This document shows positions 62,324-64,000 of a stretch of 64,000 nt of DNA, in pieces. The stretch's first letter is position 1. Each line of letters begins with the position of its first letter. The notes beneath the pieces were generated by a model, which saw only the letters and a program-made list of their open reading frames with translations, made no database searches and was not told the DNA's origin. The position numbers were made by a program, and so were the translations under genes. Origin of the DNA: Clostridia bacterium. Lineage in GTDB: Bacteria; Bacillota; Clostridia; Oscillospirales; CAG-272. The stretch covers positions 4,581-68,580 of the forward strand of contig JAFTTS010000065.1 in NCBI GenBank assembly GCA_017466685.1. The letters are read 5' to 3'.

Positions 62324-64000
62324 TTATATATTCATAATAACGGGCAATACCATCGGCTTGCGCTTGGTTTTCTGATAAAGGAACTTCGAAAGATTATCCT
62401 TTACGCAAACCTTAAGCTCTGCCCAGTCGGTGATGTTATCCTCAAGGCAATCGAGCAGGGTGTCACGCGCAATGGCACGAGCCTCATCAAGAAGCTCCTC
62501 TGCTTCACGAACGTATACAAATCCACGCGATATGATATCTGGTCCCGAAAGCAAGAGCCGTTCGTTTATATCAACGCTCGCAACAACGACGATGATACCG
62601 TCCTGCGAGAGGTGACGGCGGTCACGAAGTACGATGTTTCCAACGTCTCCAACGCCGTATCCGTCAACGAGTATCTTTCCGCTCGGAACAGTACCGCCCC
62701 AGCGTGCGCCGTCACGGTCGATTTCGAGCACCTTACCGATCTCGGGGATGAAGATGTGATTTTCCTGCATACCCATTTCAACGGCGAGGTTTTTGTGCGT
62801 TATAAGATGACGGTGTTCGCCGTGCACGGGCATGAAGTATTTCGGCTTTGTCAGTGCGTGCATAAGCTTTAATTCTTCCTGGCAGGCGTGTCCCGAAACG
62901 TGTACGTCGGCGAGTGCGTCATAGAGGACGTTAACGCCTTTACGGAAGAGCTCATTTATGATATTTCCGACGAATTTTTCGTTTCCGGGGATCGGGTTTG
63001 CGCTGATTACAACCAGGTCATTCGGGCCGAGCTGTACCTTATCGTGATCGGAGAACGCCATTCTGTGGAGTGCGCTCATCGGCTCACCCTGGCTTCCCGT
63101 TGTGATGATGGTAAGCTGGTTATCGCGGAAACGCTTGATCTCGTTTATGTCAATAAGTGTTCCGTCGGGCACGTTCATATATCCGAGCTCAATTGCGGTG
63201 TTTACGATATTTATCATGCTTCGTCCCGTAACGGCGACCTTGCGTCCGTGTGCGGCACTTGCGTTTATGATCTGCTGTACGCGGTGTACATTTGACGAGA
63301 AGGTTGCGATGATGACGCGCTTATCTGCGTGCTGAACAAGGATTCCGTCGAGTGAGCGTCCGACCTTTTTTTCAGACGGTGTGTAACCGGGACGTTCGAC
63401 GTTGGTTGATTCGCAGAGCAGCATGGTTACGCCTTGTTTACCGATCTCGGCAATTCTCGGGATATCCATGATCTTTCCCTCGACGGGAGTTAAATCGAGC
63501 TTGAAGTCGCCCGAGAAGAAGATGATACCGTGAGGCGTTTTGATTGAAAGCGCACACGCATCTGCGATCGAATGGTTGACACGTACAAACTCGACCGAAA
63601 ATACGCCGAGCTTTACGACGTCACCTGCTTCGACTGCGTTTAACTGAGGCTTTTCGTTAAATGTATGCTCGGTCAGCTTGTTTGCGACGATGCCGACGGC
63701 AAGACGTGTACCGAACACGGGTGCATTGACCGTTTTAAGTACGTAGGGCAGGGCACCGATGTGATCCTCATGACCGTGAGTCAAAACAAAGCCGCGAACC
63801 TTTTCGATATTCTTTTCGAGATACGAAACGTCGGGAATAACGAGATCAACTCCGAGCATATCGTCATCGGGAAAGCCAAGTCCGCAGTCAACAACGATGA
63901 TATCGTTTTCATATTCAAGAGCGGTAATGTTCTTTCCAATCTCACCAAGACCGCCCAGGGGTATTATTTTAAGTTTTGCATTATTTTTGCTTTTTGCCAT
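62324..64000 (-). CDS. rnj: Ribonuclease J
   Basis: IIPLGGLGEIGKNITALEY...VLTHGHEDHIGALPY (metallo-beta-lactamase HxHxDH) plus beta-CASP and C-terminal domains. The ATG is the last 3 bases of the window. Confidence 0.9.
   Translation of the reverse strand: MAKSKNNAKLKIIPLGGLGEIGKNITALEYENDIIVVDCGLGFPDDDMLGVDLVIPDVSYLEKNIEKVRGFVLTHGHEDHIGALPYVLKTVNAPVFGTRLAVGIVANKLTEHTFNEKPQLNAVEAGDVVKLGVFSVEFVRVNHSIADACALSIKTPHGIIFFSGDFKLDLTPVEGKIMDIPRIAEIGKQGVTMLLCESTNVERPGYTPSEKKVGRSLDGILVQHADKRVIIATFSSNVHRVQQIINASAAHGRKVAVTGRSMINIVNTAIELGYMNVPDGTLIDINEIKRFRDNQLTIITTGSQGEPMSALHRMAFSDHDKVQLGPNDLVVISANPIPGNEKFVGNIINELFRKGVNVLYDALADVHVSGHACQEELKLMHALTKPKYFMPVHGEHRHLITHKNLAVEMGMQENHIFIPEIGKVLEIDRDGARWGGTVPSGKILVDGYGVGDVGNIVLRDRRHLSQDGIIVVVASVDINERLLLSGPDIISRGFVYVREAEELLDEARAIARDTLLDCLEDNITDWAELKVCVKDNLSKFLYQKTKRKPMVLPVIMNI

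Overview
All calls below rest on reading the translations and the DNA by eye. No homology search, HMM search or folding was run.

The window looks like a chromosomal segment of a spore-forming Clostridia-type Firmicute. The taxonomic guess is an inference from spoIIR, an alpha/beta SASP, Spo0A-type domains, LrgAB, consensus sigma-A promoters and GGAGG ribosome-binding sites. I support about 62 protein-coding genes. I recognise no rRNA, tRNA, CRISPR array, transposase or integrase.

**Core content**
- Housekeeping: mfd (3' part), ychF, murD, RNase J, and nrdDG preceded by two NrdR boxes.
- Sulfur amino acid genes: two cysK copies, a metY interrupted by two in-frame stops, and an Rrf2 regulator.
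- Sugar metabolism: a GH13 enzyme with kdgK, nanA with a GlcNAc 2-epimerase, and an oxidoreductase/aldolase operon on the minus strand.
- Other: two OmpR-type response regulators (one with a kinase), and two Na+/H+-type antiporters (one followed by mgtC).

**Most interesting observations**
1. An 855-aa protein fuses a Tet(M)/EF-G-like ribosomal GTPase to a Rae1/YacP-type NYN RNase domain. It is translationally coupled to an Fe-S aldo/keto reductase.
2. Two ~1.6-kb AT-rich gene cassettes sit directly downstream of a pduL / NifU-like / GGGtGRT operon. Three direct repeats bound them, and the middle repeat keeps a decayed copy of the GGGtGRT gene 3' end.
3. Two translationally coupled genes encode stand-alone Spo0A DNA-binding domains. 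A tandem 0A-box-like pair lies next to them.
4. A mazF gene has no visible antitoxin.
5. A lipoprotein barnase is paired with barstar.
6. Two hairpin repeat families occur, one of them amplified as a 47-bp tandem array.
7. Several operator-like repeats are present, including Pho-box-like TTTACA x3 and paired GTGGAGTTCCAC palindromes.
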